A stretch of DNA of 64,000 nucleotides from NCBI GenBank assembly GCA_041600715.1, contig JBFIJM010000001.1:533425-597424 (forward strand), written 5' to 3'. The notes under the pieces were generated by a model, which saw only the letters and a program-made list of their open reading frames with translations, was not told the DNA's origin and searched no databases. The translations under genes were made by a program, and so were the position numbers. This document shows positions 1 to 7,704 of the stretch, one piece after another (the stretch's first letter is position 1; every line of letters begins with the position of its first letter). Origin of the DNA: Candidatus Saccharimonadales bacterium. GTDB taxonomy: Bacteria > Patescibacteriota > Saccharimonadia > Saccharimonadales > 2-12-FULL-41-12.

Positions 1-279
1 TCTGGATTTTTCGCTAGCCTGTTCTTCGCCTTGTTTAGTGATTAACAGTTCAGCTCCTTTGATCTCTATCTTCTTAATTTCACCGTTGTTGGCTCGTTTT
101 ACGACATCAGACAAAGGCACTTGATTAAGATTTTGGGGCTGATTCATAGATGAAAACAACACAAGCCCAATCAGCACAAGCAAAGAAACAAAGACGGCAT
201 TCTTAAAGCTACGGTTTCCGTTGCCTTTACCTTTTTTATTACCCTTTTTCTGGTTCATCTTAAACGGTTTCTTGTCCAT
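1..279 (-). CDS. ftsH: ATP-dependent metalloprotease FtsH, N-terminal part (runs off window start)
   Basis: Manual translation from ATG at 279: MDKKPFKMNQKKGNKKGKGNGNRSFKNAVFVSLLVLIGLVLFSSMNQPQNLNQVPLSDVVKRANNGEIKKIEIKG..., a TM helix followed by a FtsH-like extracellular motif; lies directly downstream of tilS (usual tilS-ftsH order). Catalytic domains not visible. Confidence 0.8.
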   Translation of the reverse strand, partial: MDKKPFKMNQKKGNKKGKGNGNRSFKNAVFVSLLVLIGLVLFSSMNQPQNLNQVPLSDVVKRANNGEIKKIEIKGAELLITKQGEEQASEKSR

Positions 280-336
280 AGTGCCCTTTACTGATTACTT
301 CCAACTATCAAAATTTCATCCTAAACGCTGGATACA

Positions 337-1266
337 TTATACAGAGGAACGGGGTTGCATGCGAATCTGTTTTAACTCTAGTTTCATATAATAATTCTTG
401 TCTATGTCGTATTGAGTACCGGGTCGAGCTGTACGAGAAGCAATTACCAATCGGTGTATTAATCTTTTATCGAATGTCAGGTCGTGCTTTCGTAACCACG
501 ATGCCATAAGCTCGCAGGCAACTCCATACGGAACGTTAATAAACAATGACCTTTGTAAACTATCGTTCAAAAGTGCTTTTCCCCATAATTCCTCAATAAT
601 ATTATCGATTTCTTCATTAATTAATCTCATATTCTGAATAATCCCGTACATTTGATCGGTTTTCTCGAGACCAGCATTAGAAAGTAAAAGTCGTATTTTA
701 TTCCGCAGATACCGTTGATCACTGTTAGATGAGTCCTCGCGCCATTTCAAGCCTTTTGACTTCGCATAATCCTTTATGGTGCGCTTTGATATATGCAACA
801 GGGGTCGGATTATTCTTTCGCTAGAGTTAAGAGAAGTTAAACCCCTTCTGCCCGTACCTCGAGCCGTGTTTAAATAAGCTGTTTCTACCACATCATCTTT
901 ATGATGAGCAGTGATTATAGCCTTAGCTTCTTGGCCTTTCATGACAGATGTTAAGAATTTATACCTTCTTTCTCTTGCAAGTTGTTCGCTAGCGTTTGTG
1001 CCCAATTCTTCACGCTTTGATAAATACGCTAGGCCATATTTAGTCGCTAATTCCTCTACAAATTTAGCATCCAGCGCAGACTCTGGGCGGATCCCATGGT
1101 TAAAATGCGCAACTATAAGTTGCACACGGTCTCTGGTCTCTAGTCTCTGGTCTCCAGCTTTTTCTGGCGACCCATACTTTTGAAATAGCTTATGCAAAAG
1201 AGCTACCGAGTCCAGGCCGCCCGAAACAGCAACAACATACTTACCTGGCTCTAAAGTAATATCCAT
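337..1266 (-). CDS. tilS: tRNA(Ile)-lysidine synthetase
   Basis: PP-loop AVSGGLDS, HFNHGIR, ARERRY, TAHHKDD, IRPLL, EDSSN, RNKIR motifs. Confidence 0.95.
   Translation of the reverse strand: MDITLEPGKYVVAVSGGLDSVALLHKLFQKYGSPEKAGDQRLETRDRVQLIVAHFNHGIRPESALDAKFVEELATKYGLAYLSKREELGTNASEQLARERRYKFLTSVMKGQEAKAIITAHHKDDVVETAYLNTARGTGRRGLTSLNSSERIIRPLLHISKRTIKDYAKSKGLKWREDSSNSDQRYLRNKIRLLLSNAGLEKTDQMYGIIQNMRLINEEIDNIIEELWGKALLNDSLQRSLFINVPYGVACELMASWLRKHDLTFDKRLIHRLVIASRTARPGTQYDIDKNYYMKLELKQIRMQPRSSV
1128..1155. repeat. Heptamer tandem array (RGTCTCY)x4 inside tilS
   Basis: GGTCTCT GGTCTCT AGTCTCT GGTCTCC; encodes GDQRLETRD in an extended loop before the HFNHG strand. Confidence 0.85.
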
Positions 1267-1284
1267 CTTATAATAGTAGCAGTT

Positions 1285-1848
1285 ATGGAACTACTCTTTT
1301 GTACTGGGAACGCCCAGAAATTCAATAAAGGCATGTCTATTTGTCGTCAGCACGACATTACGCTTATCCAGCGTGATCTGAACGTTGATGAAGTTCAATC
1401 AGAAGATACTGAATATGTAGCACGTCAGAAAGCCAACGCTTCATACGCAGTTGCTCAAAGGCCTATTGTTATAAGCGATGACGCCTGGGAAATTCCAGGA
1501 CTTAATGGTTTTCCTGGCACATATGCCAAGTCCGTCAATACGTGGTTTAAGCCGGAAGACTATGTCCAGCTCACCAAAGACCTTGAGGACCGTAGAATTT
1601 ACCTTGTGCAAACTCTTGTGTATCAGGACGAAAATACTCAAAAAATATTCGTTAGAAAATCCCAAGGGAAACTGCTCACCAAGCCACAAGGATCAGTCGG
1701 GGTTAGTATTCAAAAAGTAGTTTCTTTCGATAATGATGGCGGTAAAAGTATCTCAGAGATAATGGAAGGCAAGACGCACTACTCCGGAGAACAAACCATT
1801 AAAGTCTGGCACGATTTTGCAGACTGGTATAAGGAGCATGCATCGTGA
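1285..1848 (+). CDS. Non-canonical purine NTP pyrophosphatase (Ham1/ITPase family)
   Basis: CTGNAQK, DEVQ...KA, DDAWEIPGLNGFPGTYAK motifs. Confidence 0.85.
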   Translation: MELLFCTGNAQKFNKGMSICRQHDITLIQRDLNVDEVQSEDTEYVARQKANASYAVAQRPIVISDDAWEIPGLNGFPGTYAKSVNTWFKPEDYVQLTKDLEDRRIYLVQTLVYQDENTQKIFVRKSQGKLLTKPQGSVGVSIQKVVSFDNDGGKSISEIMEGKTHYSGEQTIKVWHDFADWYKEHAS

Positions 1849-2387
1849 AGCGACTTTATTTTATTCGACACGGGCTTAGCGAGTTCAATAAAGCTCATGT
1901 CTGGGCCGGTTCAAGCGATACTCCACTCGCTCCAGAAGGGCATGATCAAGCAATAAAGGCTGGTAAAAGAGCCCTTGAAGATGGATTGATGTTCGATGCT
2001 ATTATTAGCTCTCCCTTAGAACGCGCCCTGCAGACTGCTAAACATGTGGCAGATCAAATAGATTTTCCTCAAAAAGACATAATCATAGATAAAATGCTCA
2101 TTGAGAGAGATTTTGGGATACTTGAAGGCCGTAAAGATCTAGTCGCCACTACCAAATACATTCTCCGCGAATCAGCTATAGACAAATACGATGGAGTGGA
2201 GACAGTTGCGGATTTACAAAAAAGAGCAGACAGATTTTTGCTGAAAGTTCGTTCAATGAAGTATGACAATATTCTAGTTGTGGGACATGGCGCATTTGGC
2301 AGAGCACTTCGTCGAAGTATCAACCAGGAACCGATCACCCATCGTGGCCATGTATTTGCAAATGCCGAGATAGTGAGATTTATATGA
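1845..2387 (+). CDS. Histidine phosphatase (phosphoglycerate mutase-like) family protein
   Basis: RHG motif, SSPLERALQTA, ERDFG, VVGHG. Confidence 0.9.
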   Translation: MKRLYFIRHGLSEFNKAHVWAGSSDTPLAPEGHDQAIKAGKRALEDGLMFDAIISSPLERALQTAKHVADQIDFPQKDIIIDKMLIERDFGILEGRKDLVATTKYILRESAIDKYDGVETVADLQKRADRFLLKVRSMKYDNILVVGHGAFGRALRRSINQEPITHRGHVFANAEIVRFI

Positions 2388-2534
2388 GCGACAAACAAGC
2401 TCGAGTAGGAGTCGGCGTATTCATCTGGAAAGAGGGTAAGTTTCTCTTGGGAGACATTCCAGACACTACCAAGCCCCTTGTTCGAGCCATGCTGGAAAAA
2501 TCTTAGAGTAGCAAAACCTGAGCTATTTGAGTAA
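2384..2534 (+). pseudogene. Internally deleted, frameshifted NUDIX hydrolase (NUDT15/MutT-like) remnant
   Basis: N-terminus MSDKQARVGVGVFIWKEGKFLLG followed directly, in the +1 frame, by a C-terminus-like FQTLPSPLFEPCWKNLRVAKPELFE*; no Nudix box between them. Confidence 0.65.
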
Positions 2535-3272
2535 CAGTAACTTTTCGGCTACTTCTTGTATTTTAGACAAGTCTTTAGGGCGGTACTCTATGGCCATCTG
2601 CACGTCAAAGCTCCTAATGGGTTCCACTAGCCTGTCTTCCATATCTACAAAACTAACTTGTTTATACCCTGACAAAGTATCTACATTTTTGAGACCCCGT
2701 GGTTTAAGTCCAAACAACTTTATCCCACGAAGACACGCCTCTGCTTCATTCCGTGGTTTAAAAATACCTTTAACATCTTTTACTTCTTGAAGGGCATGGG
2801 TTAGCTGTGCTTTGGCAGTTAAAAGTTCTCCAATTTTTTGGAACGGTTTCTTGCCTTCGTATTGGCGTAGAAGGAAATCAACTATCACATCATTGTCTTC
2901 TGTTATTTTTGCTTTTTGTCTTAACGCTCCCTGATGATCAACTTCTACATGAGTAAATTCTGTATATTCTTTAGCAACAATTCCGTCCAAGAGATGTATG
3001 TCTCCCTGCCCAAAACCCATTAATATTTGCCAGGCATGACTATTTTCTTTCTCTACTACAGACGTCTTAAAAACAGTTGGTGATTCGTTTTCAACTACGC
3101 CCACTGCTCCAAAATTAATTGTGTCATTTTCTCGCAAATCGGCTGAGTGTTCAAATAGCTCAGATGTAAGATTGTGAAGCCTTGTTCTTTCGTGGTCTTC
3201 TATAGAAAAAGAACGCCCCAAGTGCGTTCTTTCAAACTGTTCAAATTGACTTGCTTTTAGATCTACTGCCAT
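2523..3272 (-). CDS. Hypothetical protein
   Basis: 249-aa ORF, no recognised motif. Confidence 0.7.
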   Translation of the reverse strand: MAVDLKASQFEQFERTHLGRSFSIEDHERTRLHNLTSELFEHSADLRENDTINFGAVGVVENESPTVFKTSVVEKENSHAWQILMGFGQGDIHLLDGIVAKEYTEFTHVEVDHQGALRQKAKITEDNDVIVDFLLRQYEGKKPFQKIGELLTAKAQLTHALQEVKDVKGIFKPRNEAEACLRGIKLFGLKPRGLKNVDTLSGYKQVSFVDMEDRLVEPIRSFDVQMAIEYRPKDLSKIQEVAEKLLLLK

Positions 3273-3388
3273 CTAAAACCTAATAGTAACAAATACTGTA
3301 ACTATTGCAATCCTATTTGTAACTATATAGAAACTATTGAGCAGTCCAGGTTCATTGCTAGCTCGGAGAAGCGGAACATGGTTCAATT

Positions 3389-4156
3389 ATGGTTATGCTA
3401 GAACCTGTTTTTCTTTTTTTCGTCGGTATTTTGGTTGGCTCAATGAACGCTATAGCAGGCGGTGGTATGCTAATCGGCTTCCCTGCAATGGTAGCCACAG
3501 GAACTCCGCCAATAGTTGCTACTGCTACCGCATACGTAATAACTATTCCCGGCATTATTGGCGCACTTATTAGCTATAGAAAGTATCTTCGTAAAGTACC
3601 TCGCGTATATTGGCTTTTGCTCATACCTTGCGTTATTGGAGCCAGCATAGGTGCTCTCCTCCTCAGCAGGACGTCCTTTGAGACATTTGAAAAATACATA
3701 CCAGCCCTACTAGCATTGGCAGTTTTCTTATTTATCGTGCAACCATTTATTCATTTTCATTTTCACAGACACTTAAGTAAGAAGACTAAACGACTACTTC
3801 CAATAGTATTAATCGGTATCGCGCTTTTTCCTTTATCAATTTATGGAGGATACTTCGGTGTCGGGTTTGGCTTCGTGGTTCTAGCGTTTCTAGGTTTTAC
3901 CCAGCTACATAGCATGCACAAGATTAATGCCCTCAAGAATATTGCCGTTTTATCTATATTACTTACCGCAACACTTGTTCTATTAGACTCTGGTCTTATC
4001 GATTGGGCCAAAGGGTTGATCATGGCGTCAGGTGCTTCTATAGGCGGTTACTACGGAGCGCATTTTGCTCAACGTTTCACATCGCACACCATTCGGATAG
4101 TAGTTATAGCTATTGGCGTCAGTGCTGTTATAGGCTTGTGCATTCAGTACTACTAG
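3389..4156 (+). CDS. Sulfite exporter TauE/SafE family membrane protein
   Basis: NAIAGGG and YGGYFGVGFG motifs, multiple TM helices. Confidence 0.9.
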   Translation: MVMLEPVFLFFVGILVGSMNAIAGGGMLIGFPAMVATGTPPIVATATAYVITIPGIIGALISYRKYLRKVPRVYWLLLIPCVIGASIGALLLSRTSFETFEKYIPALLALAVFLFIVQPFIHFHFHRHLSKKTKRLLPIVLIGIALFPLSIYGGYFGVGFGFVVLAFLGFTQLHSMHKINALKNIAVLSILLTATLVLLDSGLIDWAKGLIMASGASIGGYYGAHFAQRFTSHTIRIVVIAIGVSAVIGLCIQYY

Positions 4157-4238
4157 GGCTAGATAACAGATGTAAAACATGCTATATTAGCACCTGTTGT
4201 CGATCTTCATGCCAAGATTTAGTGCTAAAAATTCACTA

Positions 4239-4458
4239 GGTAGCGTAAGCTCAGTTGGTTAGAGCGATCAACAATTTATAACCTTTACTGGTATGGCGGT
4301 ATAGCTCAGTTGGTTAGAGCGCCGGACTCATAAGCCGGAGGTCACTAGTTCAAATCTAGTTACCGCTACCAATAAATGTTCTAAATTTTTTGACTCATGT
4401 TGTGTTATTTTTGCAGATCCTGATTTGTCCGCAGGCTCAAACCCTGTCTCTGCTACCA
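4239..4458 (+). pseudogene. Degenerate tRNA-like sequence in two halves (4239-4270 and 4421-4458) flanking tRNA-Met
   Basis: 5' half GGTAGCG-TAA-GCTCAGTTGGTTAGAGC-GATCA; 3' half TGATT-TGTCC-GCAGG CTCAAAC CCTGT-CTCTGCT-ACCA. Confidence 0.55.
4295..4371 (+). tRNA. tRNA-Met (CAT), probable elongator
   Basis: Cloverleaf GGCGGTA...CTCATAA...TTCAAAT...TACCGCT ACCA; G2-C71 and C3-G70 fit MetRS identity; A31.G39 mismatch. Confidence 0.9.
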
Positions 4459-4497
4459 AGATTATATATACTTAATAAGTGGCGTTAGCCTGACAAA

Positions 4498-4911
4498 CTA
4501 GCCATGATGACACACAGTCATTATAGTCTTCATGACTGAGTGCTGTTCTTCACTTAAACTTCCTAAATTTAGTTTATCTTTATGTGACAGTTCTTTTAAT
4601 AATTCTTCACGCGTATTTACTCCGTTATCGCTCAGCGAGATCATCGATACGCGTTTGTCAGATGGATCCTTGCTGCGTGTGATCATGTCTTGAGACTCTA
4701 ATCTGTCGACCAAGCCAGTAGTGTTAGACGCATCACAACCAAGCATGCAGGTTAGCTTGTTCATCGTCATACTTTGCTCAGGCTCTAGCATAATCAACAC
4801 CATTCCTTGTACAGGTGTTAAGTTAAACGGGTCGCAAACCTTTGCCAGACTACACCGCATTCGTAGCGACAATAATATTGTTCCTCGGTATAATTCACTA
4901 GTTTCAGTCAT
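4498..4911 (-). CDS. MarR family transcriptional regulator
   Basis: LTPVQ...DASNTTGLVDRLE...R..DPSDKRV winged-helix signature. Confidence 0.9.
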   Translation of the reverse strand: MTETSELYRGTILLSLRMRCSLAKVCDPFNLTPVQGMVLIMLEPEQSMTMNKLTCMLGCDASNTTGLVDRLESQDMITRSKDPSDKRVSMISLSDNGVNTREELLKELSHKDKLNLGSLSEEQHSVMKTIMTVCHHG

Positions 4912-4920
4912 ATCACCATT

Positions 4921-4941
4921 ATACTTGATACTATCAAGTAT
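4921..4941. promoter_or_regulatory. Probable MarR operator palindrome
   Basis: Perfect inverted repeat ATACTTGATA-C-TATCAAGTAT 10 nt upstream of the marR start. Confidence 0.65.
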
Positions 4942-4952
4942 TTTTAAGCATT

Positions 4953-4983
4953 AAAAAAGCCCGAGTTTTAAATCGGACTTTTT
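4953..4983. terminator. Intrinsic terminator (bidirectional shape)
   Basis: AAAAAAGCCCGA GTTTTAAA TCGGACTTTTT. Confidence 0.65.
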
Positions 4984-4993
4984 CTTTGCGTAT

Positions 4994-5080
4994 TTAGAGT
5001 CTTTTTAACAGGACATCGATACGCTGAATAGCCGGGTCTTCTGATTCAGAAAACTCGTAAGCCATGACAGCTGACTTCAC
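4994..5080 (-). CDS. Putative small protein (28 aa from GTG, 23 aa from ATG 5065)
   Basis: (V)KSAVMAYEFSESEDPAIQRIDVLLKRL*; AAGGG upstream, own promoter and terminator. Confidence 0.45.
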   Translation of the reverse strand: MKSAVMAYEFSESEDPAIQRIDVLLKRL

Positions 5081-5139
5081 TGCTTACCCTTTCGTTTATT
5101 TGTTTTTGATAGTTTTTGTTTTAGTCGACTAACAACTAC

Positions 5140-5168
5140 AGTATACCGTACATTTGCTTTTTTGTCAA
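5140..5168 (-). promoter_or_regulatory. Near-consensus sigma70 promoter
   Basis: TTGACA-N17-TATACT on the minus strand. Confidence 0.7.
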
Positions 5169-5316
5169 TGTTTAGTCTGTTTTTGTTTTGTCAGGACTGG
5201 TTCTAGTATAAGCATTTTCACTGTTGTTGCCAACAAAAAAATAAATATTTTAAAAACTCTAACCATAAGCAAAAAAGTTCTTTCATTATCTGACATTTTG
5301 TGATATAATAAAAAGT

Positions 5317-5733
5317 ATGGATAGACTTAACTCTTCTCCTCAATCTCAGCTGCTTAACCCTGATACCGTTCAGGATAATACCCAGGGTGAACCCCAATAC
5401 ATTCACATAATAGATGGGGGTCAATATCTGAATAGTCCACCAGCATTAGGCGAACCTAATGAGCCAACACAACAAGAGATTGAGATTGATAAGCTAGTAG
5501 ATAATGGCGGATTGAATTACACAGAAGCACGTTTACGCGTGCTTGGCACCTCACCTCAAGCTATTAGCGCACCAGCACTGTCTAACACAGTTGCTAATCC
5601 TACTAAACTACAGAACCCCGACAGACGTGGCTGGAAAAACGATAGACGTACTCGCAAGGGGCTGTCCCCCAAAGAACTTCTGCAGGCAGACGAACCTCCT
5701 AAACATATACGCGCCCAAGAAGGCCGTAAATAA
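5317..5733 (+). CDS. Hypothetical protein
   Basis: 138-aa ORF. Confidence 0.6.
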   Translation: MDRLNSSPQSQLLNPDTVQDNTQGEPQYIHIIDGGQYLNSPPALGEPNEPTQQEIEIDKLVDNGGLNYTEARLRVLGTSPQAISAPALSNTVANPTKLQNPDRRGWKNDRRTRKGLSPKELLQADEPPKHIRAQEGRK

Positions 5734-5736
5734 CCC

Positions 5737-6690
5737 GTGCCCAAACTACCCTCTTTTTATCAAGAGCCTATGCCATTGTTCCCGGTTGCTTCTGAACTTA
5801 ATGACTCTAGAGGAGTTATTGGTGCGGATATAGTGGCACTACCTACCGTAGACCCAGAAAAAAAGATTACACTTGGACGACTTACAGGTTATTACGGCGA
5901 TTTATTAGGATCACGACACGCAGTCACTCAGGATCACGATAGTTTATTAGAACTTGAGACTACAGATTTTGAACTGGCAGAACCCAAAAAAATAGAGTCT
6001 GGTCTATACATATACCCCGACGATCCACGGTACAACCATCCTTCAACAGAACAGCTTGTACGATTACGTGCTAAAGGTGATTGGTTCTCGCCAGGCGTCG
6101 TATTCCCGAGCCAGCATTATGCTACGGTCGCTCGAAGTCCTGCTAATTTAGCCGAGCATGTAATGAACAAAACAAGGAAAGCTAAAGATGATAAAGCTGA
6201 CCGAGTAGTTATCGATGCATCAGTTGGAAGATCTGCAGGCCACGCATTAAAGAGTAAAATGTCGGCTATGAACAGCTACGAGAACGAGCTTCTCTCTATA
6301 CGTTCAAGTGTACTTATCCCCTTGTATAGAGAAACTCTACGTAATTTAAGCAATAGACCTTGGGATGCTCGTTTTAAAGCAAAAAACTTAGATAAAAAAC
6401 GGAAAATATTCGATGAGATGTTGCATGATACGGTTGAAACATCGACAATTAACCAAGATATTTCGATAACCGCTATTAATGGCCTTCACCGTGCCATAAC
6501 AAGTCAACTATATCGGTATGGATCCAACCAAAACCGAAGCCAGCGCTGGAAAGATTATATTTTGTTGTATGGCACATATACAAAATCTCAATGCGAGAAA
6601 ATACAGCTATCAAAACAGCGGACAGCCGATGAGTTGAAGTTCTACGAACAGTTTCTTGACAATCAATTGACAAAACCCACCTCTGTTTGA
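5737..6690 (+). CDS. Hypothetical protein
   Basis: 317-aa ORF, predicted helical C-terminal half. Confidence 0.7.
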   Translation: MPKLPSFYQEPMPLFPVASELNDSRGVIGADIVALPTVDPEKKITLGRLTGYYGDLLGSRHAVTQDHDSLLELETTDFELAEPKKIESGLYIYPDDPRYNHPSTEQLVRLRAKGDWFSPGVVFPSQHYATVARSPANLAEHVMNKTRKAKDDKADRVVIDASVGRSAGHALKSKMSAMNSYENELLSIRSSVLIPLYRETLRNLSNRPWDARFKAKNLDKKRKIFDEMLHDTVETSTINQDISITAINGLHRAITSQLYRYGSNQNRSQRWKDYILLYGTYTKSQCEKIQLSKQRTADELKFYEQFLDNQLTKPTSV

Positions 6691-6745
6691 TAATATATAT
6701 TAGCTAAACAGCCATGGGAGCATATTCAACAATTCCCATAAATGA

Positions 6746-6820
6746 CGCGGGGTAGAGCAGTGGCAGCTCGTGTGGCTCATAACCACAAGGTCGCAGGTTC
6801 GAGTCCTGCCCCCGCTACCA
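6746..6820 (+). tRNA. tRNA-fMet (initiator, CAT)
   Basis: CGCGGGG...CCCCGCT ACCA with C1.U72 mismatch, A11-U24 pair, anticodon loop CTCATAA, encoded CCA. Confidence 0.93.
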
Positions 6821-6827
6821 TGAAAAC

Positions 6828-6854
6828 AGCTTCACCATTTGGTGGAGCTTTTTT
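6828..6854 (+). terminator. Intrinsic terminator after tRNA-fMet
   Basis: AGCTTCACC ATTT GGTGGAGCT followed by a T-run. Confidence 0.8.
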
Positions 6855-6866
6855 CATTGTCGGAGA

Positions 6867-6982
6867 AGGACGAGAACCGTAAGGCATAGCCGAGGTTCGG
6901 TGAAGCAAGGTTGCGCACAGATGCTTGCATCGAGCACAACCGTAGCGGAAAAGGACGAAGTCCGCTGTCCTGCCCCCTACCA
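6867..6982 (+). repeat. Structured tRNA-linked element ending in a copy of the tRNA 3' end
   Basis: AGGACGAGAACC (antisense-like to the T arm), several hairpins, then GTCCTGCCCCCTACCA (tRNA 3' end is GTCCTGCCCCCGCTACCA). Confidence 0.6.
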
Positions 6983-7021
6983 TAACAAGTAATTAATATA
7001 AAGTTTGATATAGTAAGGTTT

Positions 7022-7561
7022 ATGGTAATTAAGAGTAAATACGGGCTCAAACTAGCTGGGTTAATTATATCTATCGCCATTATAGGTGCTTCGAGCTTTA
7101 TTTACCTCTTATATCAATCTAACTCTAATGAAAATGACTATACAAGCACTCAAAAAAGAAATACGCCTCAGGCAGAAAATAATCCAAAATCACAAAAAGG
7201 TGCAATGGGAACAACAATAACGAGCGGAGATAGTGAATTTGGACCGATGCTATTTAATGACAAAGGCCAGGCTATATACATCTGGGAACTTGAAGAGTCT
7301 GCTAATGCAGAATGCTATGGGGACTGTGCAGAGGCTTGGCCTCCAGTGCTTACCGATGGAACGCCTCATGCAACTGGAAGCGTCATTGATGATCTTCTCG
7401 GTACGACCACACGCACCGACGGTAGTACCCAAGTCACCTACAACGGCCATCCCCTGTACTACTACGCACATGAGGGAGCTGGAGAAGTAAAATGTCACAA
7501 TGTAAGTACACACGGAGGACTTTGGTGGGTCATCCAACCAAATGGCACTCGTGCGGATTAG
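7022..7561 (+). CDS. Secreted repeat protein, COG4315 / Lipoprotein_15-like
   Basis: N-terminal TM; CYGDCAEAWPP and GTTTRTDGSTQVTYNGHPLYYY motifs. Confidence 0.85.
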   Translation: MVIKSKYGLKLAGLIISIAIIGASSFIYLLYQSNSNENDYTSTQKRNTPQAENNPKSQKGAMGTTITSGDSEFGPMLFNDKGQAIYIWELEESANAECYGDCAEAWPPVLTDGTPHATGSVIDDLLGTTTRTDGSTQVTYNGHPLYYYAHEGAGEVKCHNVSTHGGLWWVIQPNGTRAD

Positions 7562-7704
7562 TCAGCTACTGCTGAACACTCTTTATCTTTACTCTAGAAT
7601 GACATGCAAAACATAGTCCATCAGCTCACAAAAGCTACAGGCCATATAATTGCTACAGCCTTTGTTATTCAGCAATAGTTTGAAAGAGGTTTATAATTAG
7701 TAGC

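Noticed and set aside
5317-6690. Stop-codon readthrough fusing the two in-frame ORFs (TAA CCC GTG)
   Set aside because: Same frame, but TAA is used as a normal stop throughout and nothing else supports fusion
6967-6982. attR of an integrated island at tRNA-fMet
   Set aside because: The duplicate lies only about 150 nt from the tRNA and there is no integrase; kept only as a structured element
6777-7080. Minus-strand ORFs of 68 and 82 aa
   Set aside because: Antisense to the tRNA and terminator (MVAGAGLEPAT is the usual tRNA shadow)
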